Assembly (NCBI RefSeq): GCF_025526975.1
Contig: NW_026515673.1
Span: 930,001 to 994,000, forward strand
Source of the DNA: Fimicolochytrium jonesii
Taxonomy: Eukaryota
Length of the DNA: 64,000 nucleotides
Direction of reading: 5' to 3'
Below are positions 27,977-39,769 of the stretch, in pieces (the stretch's first letter is position 1; the number at the start of each line of letters is the position of its first letter). A program made the translations under genes and the position numbers. Below the pieces are notes generated by a model that saw only the letters and a list, made by a program, of their open reading frames with translations, did no database searches and was not told the origin of the DNA.

Positions 27977-29394
27977 TCATCCATATTCGTAACCAAACCT
28001 CTCTTTCCATACCGAGAATTTTCGTCGTTTTCCCTCGGTGAAGACACGTTTATCGATAAACGCGCTGTTCTCGTTCTCTCGCATGAATAGAAGCACATCT
28101 TCAATGGCGGTCACCTGTTCTGACGCTAATCGGGTAGCCATGTTCACGACGTAGGTTCGAAACGCATCTGGAATGCTGGTGTTCAACATCATTCCATCCT
28201 GAATGTCGGTATCCATGAGATTCTCAAAGCAGCGAGGAGACAGCGCATGACCTCTAAATCCATGGCAAACCACATAGCGCTCGGAGTTCGTGGGGCGGCT
28301 TGTGCTAGGCTTCATTATCTCATAACTCTCGTAATGTTGACATAGAAGATACAGAATACTGAGCGTCGTCACTGTGAACGTATCAACACCTTGAGGACGC
28401 TTGTTCCACCGATCCTCTGTGTTTGCAGGATACAAAGGACTTCACCAAGTATGAGCTTGTAATGAAGCACCTCCTTCTCATTATACTTTTCCTCCTCGTC
28501 GAAACCGCCGTCCGCGTTACCAAATCGAATCCCTGTGGTGCGATAGATGAGACCATCTCCTTCAGGGTACAGATAGCGGAGGAAGTTGCCAGGTCAAGGT
28601 AATGAAAACTTGTCCCTGACAATGTGGTAACGAGTGGGCTGAACATCGGGATAGCTCTGCCTTTCCGTACCACCTCGGCGTAAGTGCATGGCGGTTTGGA
28701 GACCGCTACAGCAAAGCCTACTGGGTTTATCGTCTTGATGACCTGCACGAAGGACCCTGGTGCCTCTGCAATATGCAAAGTGACACACTCGGGTCTACAT
28801 AGTTGCCGACGGAATGAAGCTAGCAGCTCCCAGAGCTTGTAGAAAGCGCGGTTCACTGCTAGCCGCCGAGACTTGAAGTCGTATTGATTCAGAAGCTTTC
28901 GAAAAAAATGCCAGCGTTGATTATTTAGCCTGTCTAATCGCTTGGTCGCTTGTTGAATAGAGAAGCGGGCGTCATCGGCCACTGACTGCGGACGTCCTGA
29001 TATCCACGGTAATGTTGCCTGCATACAGTAAGCAACCTCGCTCGGAGCAACACTCATGGTCCAGGATCTGATTGCCTCCGTCCTCTCCTGATTCCACCGT
29101 ACCGCGTTTCTGTACTGACGTGAGGTCGCCCAGAAAACCCCGTCGATGCATGGGTCATACAGTAGGCTGCCAGATATCAGGTTACGACGCCCCAAGGACA
29201 CATCATTCCGAGCATAGCCACCGGCTCAAGTTGCCGACCCCCATGCAAACCCTTTCAGCACGACCGCTAGCCCAGGGCAGGACTGACAGCTGGCCGGTGA
29301 CTTCTGGGGTTGCACAGGGAGGCTCAACAACCCGTCGTAACCTGATATCTGGCAGCCTACTGTAGGCTCTCAACGTCCTCAGGTGCGTGTTCAT
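27977..29394 (-). pseudogene. FtsJ/RrmJ-fold cap-type RNA 2'-O-methyltransferase, large-DNA-virus-like, intronless; two 1-nt frameshifts and a MITE in its 5' part
   Basis: NRAFYKLWE, TLHIAEAPGSF, then (after a shift at ~28515) VTADGGFD..QRIGGTSVLKV, then (after a shift at ~28385) DTF..KPSTSRPTNSERYVVCHGF. The K-D-K-E catalytic tetrad is complete. Start is either ATG 29394 (after removing the MITE) or ATG 29057. Confidence 0.88.
29160..29362. mobile_element. Tc1/mariner-type MITE 1 (203 bp, perfect 30-bp TIRs, TA target duplication)
   Basis: TA|CAGTAGGCTGCCAGATATCAGGTTACGACG (29160-29189) and CGTCGTAACCTGATATCTGGCAGCCTACTG|TA (29333-29362); no coding capacity. Confidence 0.92.
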
Positions 29395-30244
29395 TCTCGT
29401 CCTGTTGTCGCCTTGCCGAACTGGCAGGAAAGCGACCTGCGCTCCAGCGAATTTGTAGCATCACGTTCTCTCTTCGCGGGCGGAACGTACAGTATGTGAA
29501 CATAAAGCTGGATACACGCGTCCGAGTGGGCCGGCCCCCTGCCCCAGCCGCCGCAGTCGCGCACGGACATTGACTCAATCACTCGTGTATCTAAGTTTAT
29601 GTTCACATACTGTACACACTGCTGCCTTCGGAAGATCCCAAATCCGAAGGCGGATGCGAAGCGGGCGGAATATTGTCGTCAACGGAGACCGTCGGATCGG
29701 GTTTCGTAAGTCGAGGTTTGCTTTTGTTCATGGACTCATAACGCGCCACGAACTGTCTCCAAGAAGAGTCGTAAATGTGCACATCCTCATGGTTCTTCCA
29801 AGCCTGCAGCAAATCTTTATCAACCGGGAAGGGATGGCATACTCGGACGTAGGTATCATTGCTGAACAAGTGATCATAATTGGTCAACAGGCTGGCCCTA
29901 TCGTCGAGGGAAGGGGTGTTCCCCAGCGGAAAAAACTCTTCGCGCAAGGTGTCGCCTACTGGATATTTGCTGGGGATACCGGACGTTATGACGCACACTT
30001 GGGCTTCTCTATGTCTTGGTTCCGACCGGACCACCAGGACTGCGTGTCCTTCAACTTCGGCAATGTGAGCTGCCAATGGGTCCATGTCTGACGCGGTAGT
30101 CGTGCTATTGTCTCGTGACCGCCAGTCACTACTGTCCGCCCCGCCTGCCGTGGAGAAGCTGTATAGGGAGGGCTGCGAACGAGGAGCAAGTGTTGCTGGT
30201 GGGAAGTAGTATATGTTTCCAACTTCTACAGTTCTTCGGGGCAT
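29391..30244 (-). CDS. PemK/MazF-like (SH3-barrel) protein, intronless; currently truncated at 29603 by MITE 2
   Basis: VEVGNIYYFP..EGHAVLVV..AQVCVITS..FFPLG..DTYVRV..V..DLL resembles the PemK/MazF pattern G-x-I-Y..(R/H)P-x-L-V-V..V-x-x-I-T-S and its fungal relatives. The present TGA lies inside the MITE 2 TIR; excision extends the frame (SSVYVPPAKR..TTGRE*) to 29391. A TATA-like CTATAAA lies ~30 nt upstream. Confidence 0.6.
29490..29612. mobile_element. Tc1/mariner-type MITE 2 (123 bp, 29-bp imperfect TIRs, TA target duplication)
   Basis: TA|CAGTATGTGAACATAAAgcTgGATACACG (29490-29518) versus the reverse complement of the right end, CAGTATGTGAACATAAActTaGATACACG (29584-29612)|TA; 3 mismatches. 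Confidence 0.9.
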
Positions 30245-30562
30245 GCTGGATTTGTGCTTCGCAAGGCTTTTGGTTTATAGTCGCCACTCGGTGGGGGCGG
30301 AAGCCTGCGGAGGAAACGTTGCAGTCCAGTTGAGACGGATTTCGACTTTCACATGAGATCACGTGGTTTTATATACTTCTCCTTTCCGCAACCCGCGCGT
30401 ACGGGACCATAAGAGTCTTGACAAGGGACTCCGCCGCCGTTTCGTCGCACGAGAGTGGTGGTCAAATAATTCTCATTGGCGTCGTGGGGCGAACCACCAT
30501 CCCCGGCGCACGTCGTCAATGAGTGTCAGCCGTGGGGCGGCGACGGGCTAGCGGGCGGCGTG

Positions 30563-30775
30563 GCGGCAGGCAGGCGATGCGAGGTGCGGAGGTGCGGCGA
30601 TGGCGGTAGCAGGCAGGCAGGCAGCGGGCAAGCGGGCAGACGGGCATGGCAGGCAGGCAGGCAAAGCGAACTCGAGACATGCTCGGTCGCGGCGGGCAGG
30701 GCGAGACCGGACATGTCGTCCATCCGCATGTGGGCAGGCGGTGGATGCCAAAGGGCAGGCAGGCGATCCAAAGAT
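30563..30775 (+). repeat. Degenerate (GGCA)n-rich low-complexity tract
   Basis: Repeated GGCAGGCA units (for example 30610-30624, 30648-30663, 30754-30764) in a very GC-rich stretch with no credible ORF. Confidence 0.6.
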
Positions 30776-31712
30776 GTGTGCAGCAAGGTGTATTGAATAG
30801 ATGACAACAGAACGAAAAAAAGGGGACTCACACGGCAGGCTACATACGTCCATCCTCTATCGGCTAAACCTGGTTGGGAGCACGCGCACGGCGCCGGCGT
30901 TCGCAGGCAGAAAAAGAAAAAACAACTTTCACAGAGTTGGAAGAGCGGGCCGAGCTGGGATACTGCGGTGCATGGGGTGGAGAGGTAGGCGGTTAGGCGT
31001 TTGATATGTATTTCGACTATGTGTTTTTCGACGAAGCCGCAGCTCTTTTTGAATTCGCTGAAGTCCCACAGCCTGCCCAGCGCAAGCCCTCCCTCCAAAC
31101 AGCCGCTAATCCCCCGCGGATACGTACAAGCAACCTCATCCTCATCCTGGCTATATTTCGCAAACTGCGTCTCTATTTTCCCAATTCAGACGGTCAGCCA
31201 TTCTCCATCCCAGGGCTCCGAACCCAGACTTCCGCCCTCCTAAATTCGCACCTGCAGAGAAGCTGAAAGGACATCGGACGAAGAAGGAGTGGATGAGTAT
31301 ATCGACGTTGCGGTTGCTCTTTTGAAGAGTTCAGGGGAGGGAGGGAGTGTGTACATACCGTTCTGCTGGACTGATGTACCAGTCAAAGTCCTGGGAAGGG
31401 GAGGAGTGTGAGCGAGGTGTCATAGAATATACGAAAGGAAGGCATAGAAGCCTCATAGTACTGTACGTACGACCATGTTGGGGTTGTTGTTGTGTTGTTT
31501 GTGTTGTTGCTTGTGTGGATGGGAGGGAGGGAGGGAGGGGGTTGCGGCCGCGAGCGAGTCAGACTATGACAAGGCCCAAGGAACGACGCGCTGTTGGAAT
31601 CGGACATTGCTCAGTGTCATTCCTCAGAAGAGCCTGCGTATCATCCCATTGCCCTAGGCTACCTCCTCCCCCCCCCTCCTCCTCCCACAGACATACCATA
31701 TATATCCAAGCT

Positions 31713-34700
31713 ATGTACGCAGAACGAAGACCCACTTCCTTCGCCGCCGCAGGCCCCTCCCGCCGCAGAATATCAGCAGGTCCCTCCACATCCTCCCGTC
31801 CCGCCGGTTTCACTCCCCAACCCCCGCCAGCTTCTGCACGAGGCGGACTCTCCTATCCGGGATCTCGTCAGGCTACTACTGCTACTGCTGCTACACCTCA
31901 CTCATTGGTTTCAACCGATGTCCCCAAAACTGCTGGAATCAGAGGTGCGGTTACCATTCCTTATCATCATTGAAGTCTGAGGGTTATTGACTGATGATCA
32001 AATCATCTCCTCGCGTGCCTTAGCGGTGGACGCATCCCTCGGCGGCCTCAACGTGCGCATCGCGAACCGGATTATTGTGACTACCACGCTGCAGAGAGCG
32101 CTGGCGGTGGATGCGCTCATTGCGGGGTTTGATGTCTGCTTGCCGGCGAATTTGTTGGCGACGTGTGTCGGCAAGATTGTGTATATTTGGAGACTTGATA
32201 CGTTGACTATTCAGCAGAAGGTATGACGGGAGGGGGGTGAGAGATGAGCGTTGGTGGAGGATGGGGACACGCTCGCACTCACAGTCTCATTCGCACACAC
32301 CCCTACCGCATCAAGTTCGGGAGAAACACAGGCAGTGTCCACCGAGGTACAGTTCCTCCTCACAATCTCCGTTTTTGGCCTCTACACTGGTACTGACCAC
32401 CCACCCCAAACCAACAGAAAACATCCGCGACTGTCGCTTCGACCCCAAAGGCGCCCTCCTCGTAACCGGCGCCGACGACATGCGCGTCGTCATCTGGAAC
32501 GTCAAGACCAGCAAGGCTGAAAAGTATGGATTTGAATATCACACATCTGTGATATGGATATTCAAAGCCTTAATGATTGCATGTTGATTCCAGGGTGATT
32601 GAAGCACATAAGGGCATCATCTACCAAGTCCGCTTCTCCGAGGACAGCAAACTGGTATACTCCTGCGGGGACGATGGACGGGTGCAGGTGTGGAACTGGC
32701 GCACGGGTAAGTGTGTGTGCCGCGGACATGGGTTTTCATCAACACAATTTTCCAATCGCAACCTGGCCACTGACACACACACACCCCCCTTATCTCCGCA
32801 ACAGGTACCCTCGTCCACACCTTCATCCGCCACCCCACCTCTATCCGCTGCCTGGACCTCACCCCCGCGCGCCTCATCACCGGCCGCGCCGACGGGCACG
32901 CCTCCGCCTGGGACACCACCCACGAGGTCCTCATCGACAGCATCGCCCCGGAACCCCACTGGCCGGAGAAGGAGACACGCACCCCGGAGGACATCGATGA
33001 ACGTGCGCGACATACGGGCGCGATCCTGGCGGTCAAGGCGAGCGCGAATGGAAGGTTGTTGGCGACGGGCAGTGGGGATTGGACGGCGAAGGTGTGGAAT
33101 GTGACGAGCTGGGGCAGGGACTGGGAGGGCGTGTGTGCGGAGATCGAGGTGGGTTACATCGAGACAAGAGGGCTGGATGTTACATGCTCGTCCCTTCCCC
33201 GATGTGGGGCCCCTCACCAACACTACAGCCTTTCGATTGGGATTTGGGGGTGGATAGGAAGGCAGGAAGCAAGAACAGAAGATGGATGACATGATCAGGC
33301 TTGATGAGGACGACCCGATGTTCCAGGCGCAGATGCTCGCGGGTGATATGCACGGGTACAAGATCGGTGATGTATGTTTTTCCGACTCTTCCGGGGGGGG
33401 GGGGGGGAGGGGGGGGAAGGGGAGGGGAGATTCTCTTTCGGCGGGGTTAAAGACGGAGGCAAGAGCGGTGTGTTGATCCTGCCTGTGCCCGATTTTTCTT
33501 GGACGCAGGCACCCATCACCCTCGGATACCACGGCGACCTCCTCTTCACCTACCGCCACGACGGGCCAGTCCTCTCCGTATGCTTCAACAACACTTCCAG
33601 GTAACCTCTCCCCTTCCCCCCACCCCCACCACTCCACCACACTAACCCCCCTTCCCACTAGCATGTTGATCACAGGCAGCACAGACGCAACCTGCCGCCT
33701 CTGGTCCACCCGCCGCGGCGACCTCCTGTTCCAGATCAACGTGCCCGCACCCGTGACGGCGATCCACGTGGGCGAGGGCGGGGACATGTGTTGTGTGTGT
33801 CAGAATCGGGTTCTGGTAAGTGGAGGAGGGTCATCGTGGTTGTTGTTACCCCGACGGGGATGGGATGGGAGATGATTCAACGGGTTGTTTTTTTTTCTTA
33901 GTTCTTTGATATCAAAACGAATGCGAAGGATGAGGATCTACCTGATTATTGGTACGGGTTTGTTCTGCATAGCACCTCACTTCCAACGTGGTGGAAGCGA
34001 GGAGGTGTGCTTGTTAACATGGCTCGGCAAACTCATACCCGCATCTCTCACGCAGGCAACGCCGGTCGATGGAACGCCTGATTGAAGAATCGCTTGACGA
34101 CGAGACGCGGGCGGCGATCCGGAGCGCGCGGGCTGAGGGTCACGCTGCTCAAGGGCAACCACCGGGGGTTGAAGGGCGGGTGATGTCTGCGGAGGATGCG
34201 GAGTTGGTTGAGGGGCTTGTGGAGGAGATGAAGGAGGGGGTGGAGACCACGCGTGAGTTTACAGGTGCGGGGGGGATGCGGTGGATTAAGGGATGGCTGA
34301 ACTTTTTTTGGGGTGTTGATAGGGGTCACGATAGCGGAACTGCATTCGTTGATCAAGCATGGACTTGTGGCGCCGAGTTTCTTGAAGACGCTCGTGGAGC
34401 AGTTCCCGAGCGTTGATCCGGCTGTGCTGGAAAGTAATATGAAGCGGGTGCGTAGATCACATCCATATCCCCATTCCTCTGCCCCTCCTACCTCCAATCC
34501 CTTACCCGTCTTCTATCCCATCCCACTCGCACTCCCTCTTTTTCTTTCAACGCCCTCATAGAAAGAAATCCCCCCGCAAACCCTCCTCCGCCTCCTCCTC
34601 CGCACCCCCTACCACCCGCGCGACATCTTCACCGCCCTCGCCAGCACCCACGCCGACGCACTATTCGACATGATCCGGCAGGGGAAGCCGATCGATGAGG

Positions 34701-36225
34701 CGTTGGCGGGGATGGGGTTCAAGAAGCTGGATCAGAAGACGTTGACGGCGAGGGGCGGGCTTGGGGGTGGTGGTGGGAGGGGGCTCGGGGCCGGGACGGG
34801 AGGGGCAGAGGACGGGGGTGTTTATTTGAACTTGAGGGATTTCAGGCCGAGGAGGAGGGGGGCGTGTACGTATCCCCCCATCTCCATCTCTTCCCTATCT
34901 TCGCCCCCCACCGCACATTATGCTAACCGGCGGGCTCTCTCTGAAACCAGACCCACCGAGCGACCCGCGCCACGGCTACGCGCGCCCGGGCCAGAACATG
35001 CCGTCGTACCTCGGCCCCGCGCGCGACATCTACTCCGACGGGATGCGGTACGAGAACGAGTACGACGAGGACGAGGAGGCGTATCTGCTCGAGGAGGAGA
35101 TGCGGGCGGCACGCATGGGGGCCGCGGGGGCGATGCCGAGGGGGAAGGTGTTGCATTTTATTCCGAGCGAGCAGATGAAGCTTTTGAGAGGTTTTTTTGT
35201 GGTTTTTGGACAGTGTGGCGGGGGGGGGGGGGTTCTCACATGACGGGAAACTGATCCCCCTTGCGTTTTCGATTAGATTTCCAGGCGAACAGGGACCTCA
35301 AACCGATCTTTCTGCGTGACCTCGTGCTGGATCTTAGCCCGGACGCGGGGTATCCGAATTTCACGACGGCGGATGAGACGAGGGATAATCGGGTGCGTGC
35401 TTGGACCCCGCAGATGAGGGTGGCGTTTGCAGTACGCAGGAATCTCATATCTTCCTTTTTCCAGCCGATGATCGCGCATCGGACTGTTGGCCAGTCTGGC
35501 ATCCGGTTTAATGATATGTAAGATCTCCCCTGCACCCATTTCCAATCTCCGTCACAACAACACTCCCGCTGCCCCATGTCCATCTCTGACGCTTTGAACA
35601 ACTTCCAGGTCAACCTTCGGCCGCATGACACGCTCAAAACTGGCCCAGCGCGGTGGGTGGGGGCGGCAGCACGATATGCATGATGTGAGTACAAAAAAAA
35701 ACAGAGGATGTGATATCTCCCATCTGATAACGACCGCTGATCGATTTTTTTGTTTTTTGGGCCCCGCAGTTCAACCTCCAAAACCTGCCCTTACCCCTCG
35801 ACCTCCGACCCGGGCGCGCGGGCGGGTCCAGCTCGCGGACGCTGTTCCAGCCGTCGAGGTAGAGTTTTTCAGACATGCACACACGCAACACGACGTACAA
35901 ATGAGAATAATGGTGGATGGATATACTGACTCGCTTACGCTTCGTAGATACGTCCGAGCCCGCGGGCTCAACATCAGTTTCCAGCCGCGGCAGTACGGCG
36001 GGCAGCAGGGCGGGCAACGGTTGCGGGGACATGTGTACGCGCAGCCGATTGTGATGCGGCATGCAAGGGGACGGGTTAGTTTGCGGGGGGTTGTTGTTTC
36101 GGGTGCCTTTTTTTTGGCCCATATCTGATTCTTGGTTCCAGGAGGCAAGACCGCAGCAGTTTATTGTAGGCAAATCAATTAGCATGCGGGAGAGCAATAT
36201 TGATGAGGAGGGGGAGGAGATGTGA
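31713..36225 (+). CDS. WD40-repeat protein with long unique C-terminal region, many exons
   Basis: WD repeats HRENIRDCRFDPKGALLVTGADDMRVVIWN, AHKGIIYQVRFSEDSKLVYSCGDDGRVQVWN, HTGAILAV..LATGSGDWTAKVWN and HDGPVLSVCF..ITGSTDATCRLWS. GT-AG exon chain traced to ..DEEGEEM*. The 3' exon model is less certain. Confidence 0.75.
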
Positions 36226-36943
36226 TGGGGAGGGGATACGTTGGGCGGATAGATGATGGCTTGCTTGCTACAGCACAATGCCGTTTGTATCATGTTGTTG
36301 AGAAGGTCTGGAGAGGGCGCCCTGTGCTTATTGGCAAGTGCGGCAACAAAACCTGCATAGCAGCGAAAGCGTCTTGCATTTTTTTGTCTATTGTATGTAT
36401 TTGAGGAACATCATCGTTTGCCTCAATAATTCAGAATACTGTACAATGCGACGTGTGTATTTCGCGTTTTGAAGAACGTAATCGGCGAGCGCATTTTAAA
36501 GGGAGGAAAGTCACGTGGGCGATTAAATGTAAGTTCTTCTTTTCACCGCCTCACACTGCCCGCACTTCTCAAGCGCCCAGCTCGTATTTTTCGGGCTCCA
36601 TCGCAACCAGATTTCAGCGATAACACAACACCAAAGACCGACCCCTCCCACCCTCATCGGAACGACTTGCGCTACCGCTTACGTGGACCAACGACACCTA
36701 AATCGCTGCCCGACTGCATACGCTATTTCGGTCAGTTCCTCATGTCAAACGCGTGCGGACAAGCTGTCAACCCTTGTCAACATAGTCCGGAACGCAACGT
36801 GCTGGGAAAGGATATGAGGTGGGCACTGTCCGGGCGGGAAGCCGACGGGACGGATCGTACTTCTTATCGGTCACAGGGTGTGTCTGTTCCGCCGAATACC
36901 TCTCAAACGTGGTTTTGAGCAGCAAACCAGAGACTTGGGATAG

Positions 36944-37461
36944 ATGGATGTTCGCAGGCAGGGAGGACGGCGGCGTATGGAAATGCATGCGATCGATCAA
37001 CAGCGTCCCGTTGATCTGCGGTCGTTAACCATCTCGGTCCCAGCGGACAAGAAACAACAAATTCTTGAACTACTCGCCGCGATCGCCGATAAACCCGTCT
37101 GCCCTGCGAAGGATTACAAGAAGCTCGTCGGTAACCTGGCGTGGATATCACAAGTCCTGCCAACATCACGCACATACCTCGGCCGACTTTGGCGATACGG
37201 TGCCGTGATCGAGCGCTTCCAACTCACAACCGCAAAAATCTCCAATGACCTTATGCAAGGCCTCAAGTAGTGGGCATATACGTTACTCCACTGGGCCGGC
37301 GTATCCCTGATTATAGACCAGAATGGGAGTCGCAAGCACTGCTCCAAGCGGCGTCAGATGCATCGCCTGAAGGTTACAGCTTTTGGCTCCGAAGGTTTTT
37401 ATTCTGTGGACGCCAACCTACCCCAGTTGAGCTAGCAATGAGTTTATCCGGAAGACAGTGA
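36944..37461 (+). mobile_element. Degenerate DIRS/Ngaro-type retrotransposon fragment: RT thumb and start of RNase H
   Basis: LTISVPADKKQQILELL..DYKKLVGNLAWISQVLPTSRTYLGRL..DLMQGLK*W, then ASDASPEGYSFW (RNase H first acidic motif); in-frame stop and frameshift. Confidence 0.75.
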
Positions 37462-39769
37462 ATTTCGCCGATATTTCGCCGATATATCCGACGGAGAGAA
37501 CTATGAAAGAATACGTTTGGATTCGAAGGGCGTCTTTGGAACGCCGGCTTTCGGTGGTTGCAAAAGTGGATTCCATGAAGTCAGGACTCCTCGCTGTACC
37601 TCGAGACATTGCCGACATGCGGGGATGGATGTCCCTTGACGTGTGCGTTTGCGCCATCCAGCATTTGGGAAGGTATGCCGTGCGCTGCCGTGAGGCCAGT
37701 GCGACTTTCAACATGTCACGAGTCCGGCGGCAGGGACGGAATACACGGCGCGGTTTCTAACTGTCACGGGAAGGCATCTGTACACGAAAATGACCTTATT
37801 GTGAAGAATGGCAACCTCACACCTCCTCGACCGCCGGTGTCATTGAGTTGAAGCCCTTGAAGTTCCTCCTGGAAGCGCTCGGTATGTGTCGGTTTGTTGG
37901 CAAATCATAATTATCGACTACCATCACGTGGGTGCCCATACGGACGGCTAGACCTTTGTCATTCAACTCCGCACGAGCGAGTTGTATTGGGAATAAGTCT
38001 GCTGGAAGCATAATAGATATGCGGAAGTGGATGTCGAAATCAGCGGGCGCATCCTTCCATGGCTTCGTATCGTAGTCTACCTGGTAGACTGTCTACGATT
38101 CTTGTTGCATGGTGTGTTGTGGATGCGAAGCCCCTCAGATCTCTTGATATTCCGCGGGCCTTTCGGCTATCACCTTCGGAAGGAGAGAGAATATCGCCGG
38201 AGCGCGGACCCAGGTCGTGCGAAAGTCGTTTCGGCGTATGTTTCCCACGTCGGCAGCGGGTTCGACCTGTATTCGCGGATCCACCCGGACGACGACCGTC
38301 TGAGACATACATTTGTCCTTCCATGAGTTTGTGTTCATTACTGAATCGAAAACATTCCATTTTGAATCGTGCGAGTCCCAAGATGTGGAATGCGGATCAG
38401 ACCGCAACGCTTTCGATGACGACCATTGTAGATGGAGGAAGAATGGGAATAATCGACCGAGGACGAGAAACTCGTTTCTGTAGGCGTTCCGCGACCCCCG
38501 AAACAATCATCAGCAGCCAGCACCGCCCCCGCAGTCCCAGCTCGAGCCCTGTGGTCTTCTGATTGAGATGGCGACGAGTGGTGGATAGATTGAAATCACG
38601 GCGATCTTGAAATGACCTTCATAGCCCCCGGCATTCTCGACTCAAATTGGACGGGGTTCAAACGACCATCTGAAATGATTAACGGAATGATTGTCAAGGG
38701 TGGTTCGACGATGTGGTATGCTGGATTCCTGAGACATACCACATCGTCGAAGCATGCTTTGGCATGGCTGCGAATCGGGTTCCGTGCGACCAGGCGTGTC
38801 ACCTGGCTCGTTATGTGGAGTTCGCCTGCCCCTCCTCTTTTCGTTCTTCTCCACAAATCTGCGGCAAGCGCAATGCCCAAACGAACATCGGTATGTGCAA
38901 AGTTGATGGCCCACAACCAACCTGGCCGAATCCCGGTTTCGACACGCAAGTGCCCCACGATGGTATGCTAGTTTGCAAGAATGGGACGCTTCTTTTGCAG
39001 ATGGACTGTTGGACGGAGTACATTCATTTCAAACACTGGCGACGTCGTATCTGGGGGCCGTGCGCTGGATCCGATACATCGAGCTGCGGGCCTCGTTCAG
39101 TACCTGTCAAAGGAAACGACGGATCGGCCCCGTACTTGCCAACTGCCAGCGGATGAATGACTTGGACCTCAAGTTGACCGTCGCTGGGGCGATTGGGAAA
39201 AGGTCGTCAGGGTGTTGTGCGGTTTTGGGGACTCAAGTGAAAGCGCGCAGAGGGAATCAAAATGGAATGCCATGCGATTATATCAGGACAACGGAAGCCC
39301 TAGTTTCATCCGGGTTCGTCTTCTCCTTCCAATGGTGGAAGAACCTGAAAAATATCGGATGTTCCGATTATCTTTCCTGCTAGCTTCAGGCGGGTCGCAG
39401 CAACACTGGTCATATAAGTGCCGCCGCCATCGCTAGCTCCATTGCTTTTCGGTTCGCCATCTTGTTATGCCGCCGAACGTTTTGGAAGATAAGGGCCAAT
39501 GGGGAAAGAATATCCGCTCAGAACGCATTCGAGCTCGAAGGTGGTTTCCTGCACCATCGTGGACACTCAACCGGCGTTTGTATGAACTTGTCGCAATGAT
39601 CTCGAATCCACACCTCGGGACCACGCGTGCTACAACGCCCACCCCGAGAGGCGCCCGCAGGGCTCGGGCTACCGCCGACCACAAGGAGCGAGACGCTTCC
39701 CCGTCGCGGCGGTCGCACTCAAGAATAAAGACTTACCCCACTTCAGGGAGGACCGCCCGGGCGACGTGG

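Noticed and set aside
29160..29362. MITE 1 as a spliceable introner
   Set aside because: The obvious GT (in CAGTAGG) and AG (in GGCAG) leave 11 extra nt, which does not restore the frame.
30925..30960. HRVGRAGRAG, resembling SF2 helicase motif VI, in ORF 30801-31004
   Set aside because: No other helicase motifs in any frame nearby and the ORF is only 67 aa; probably chance.
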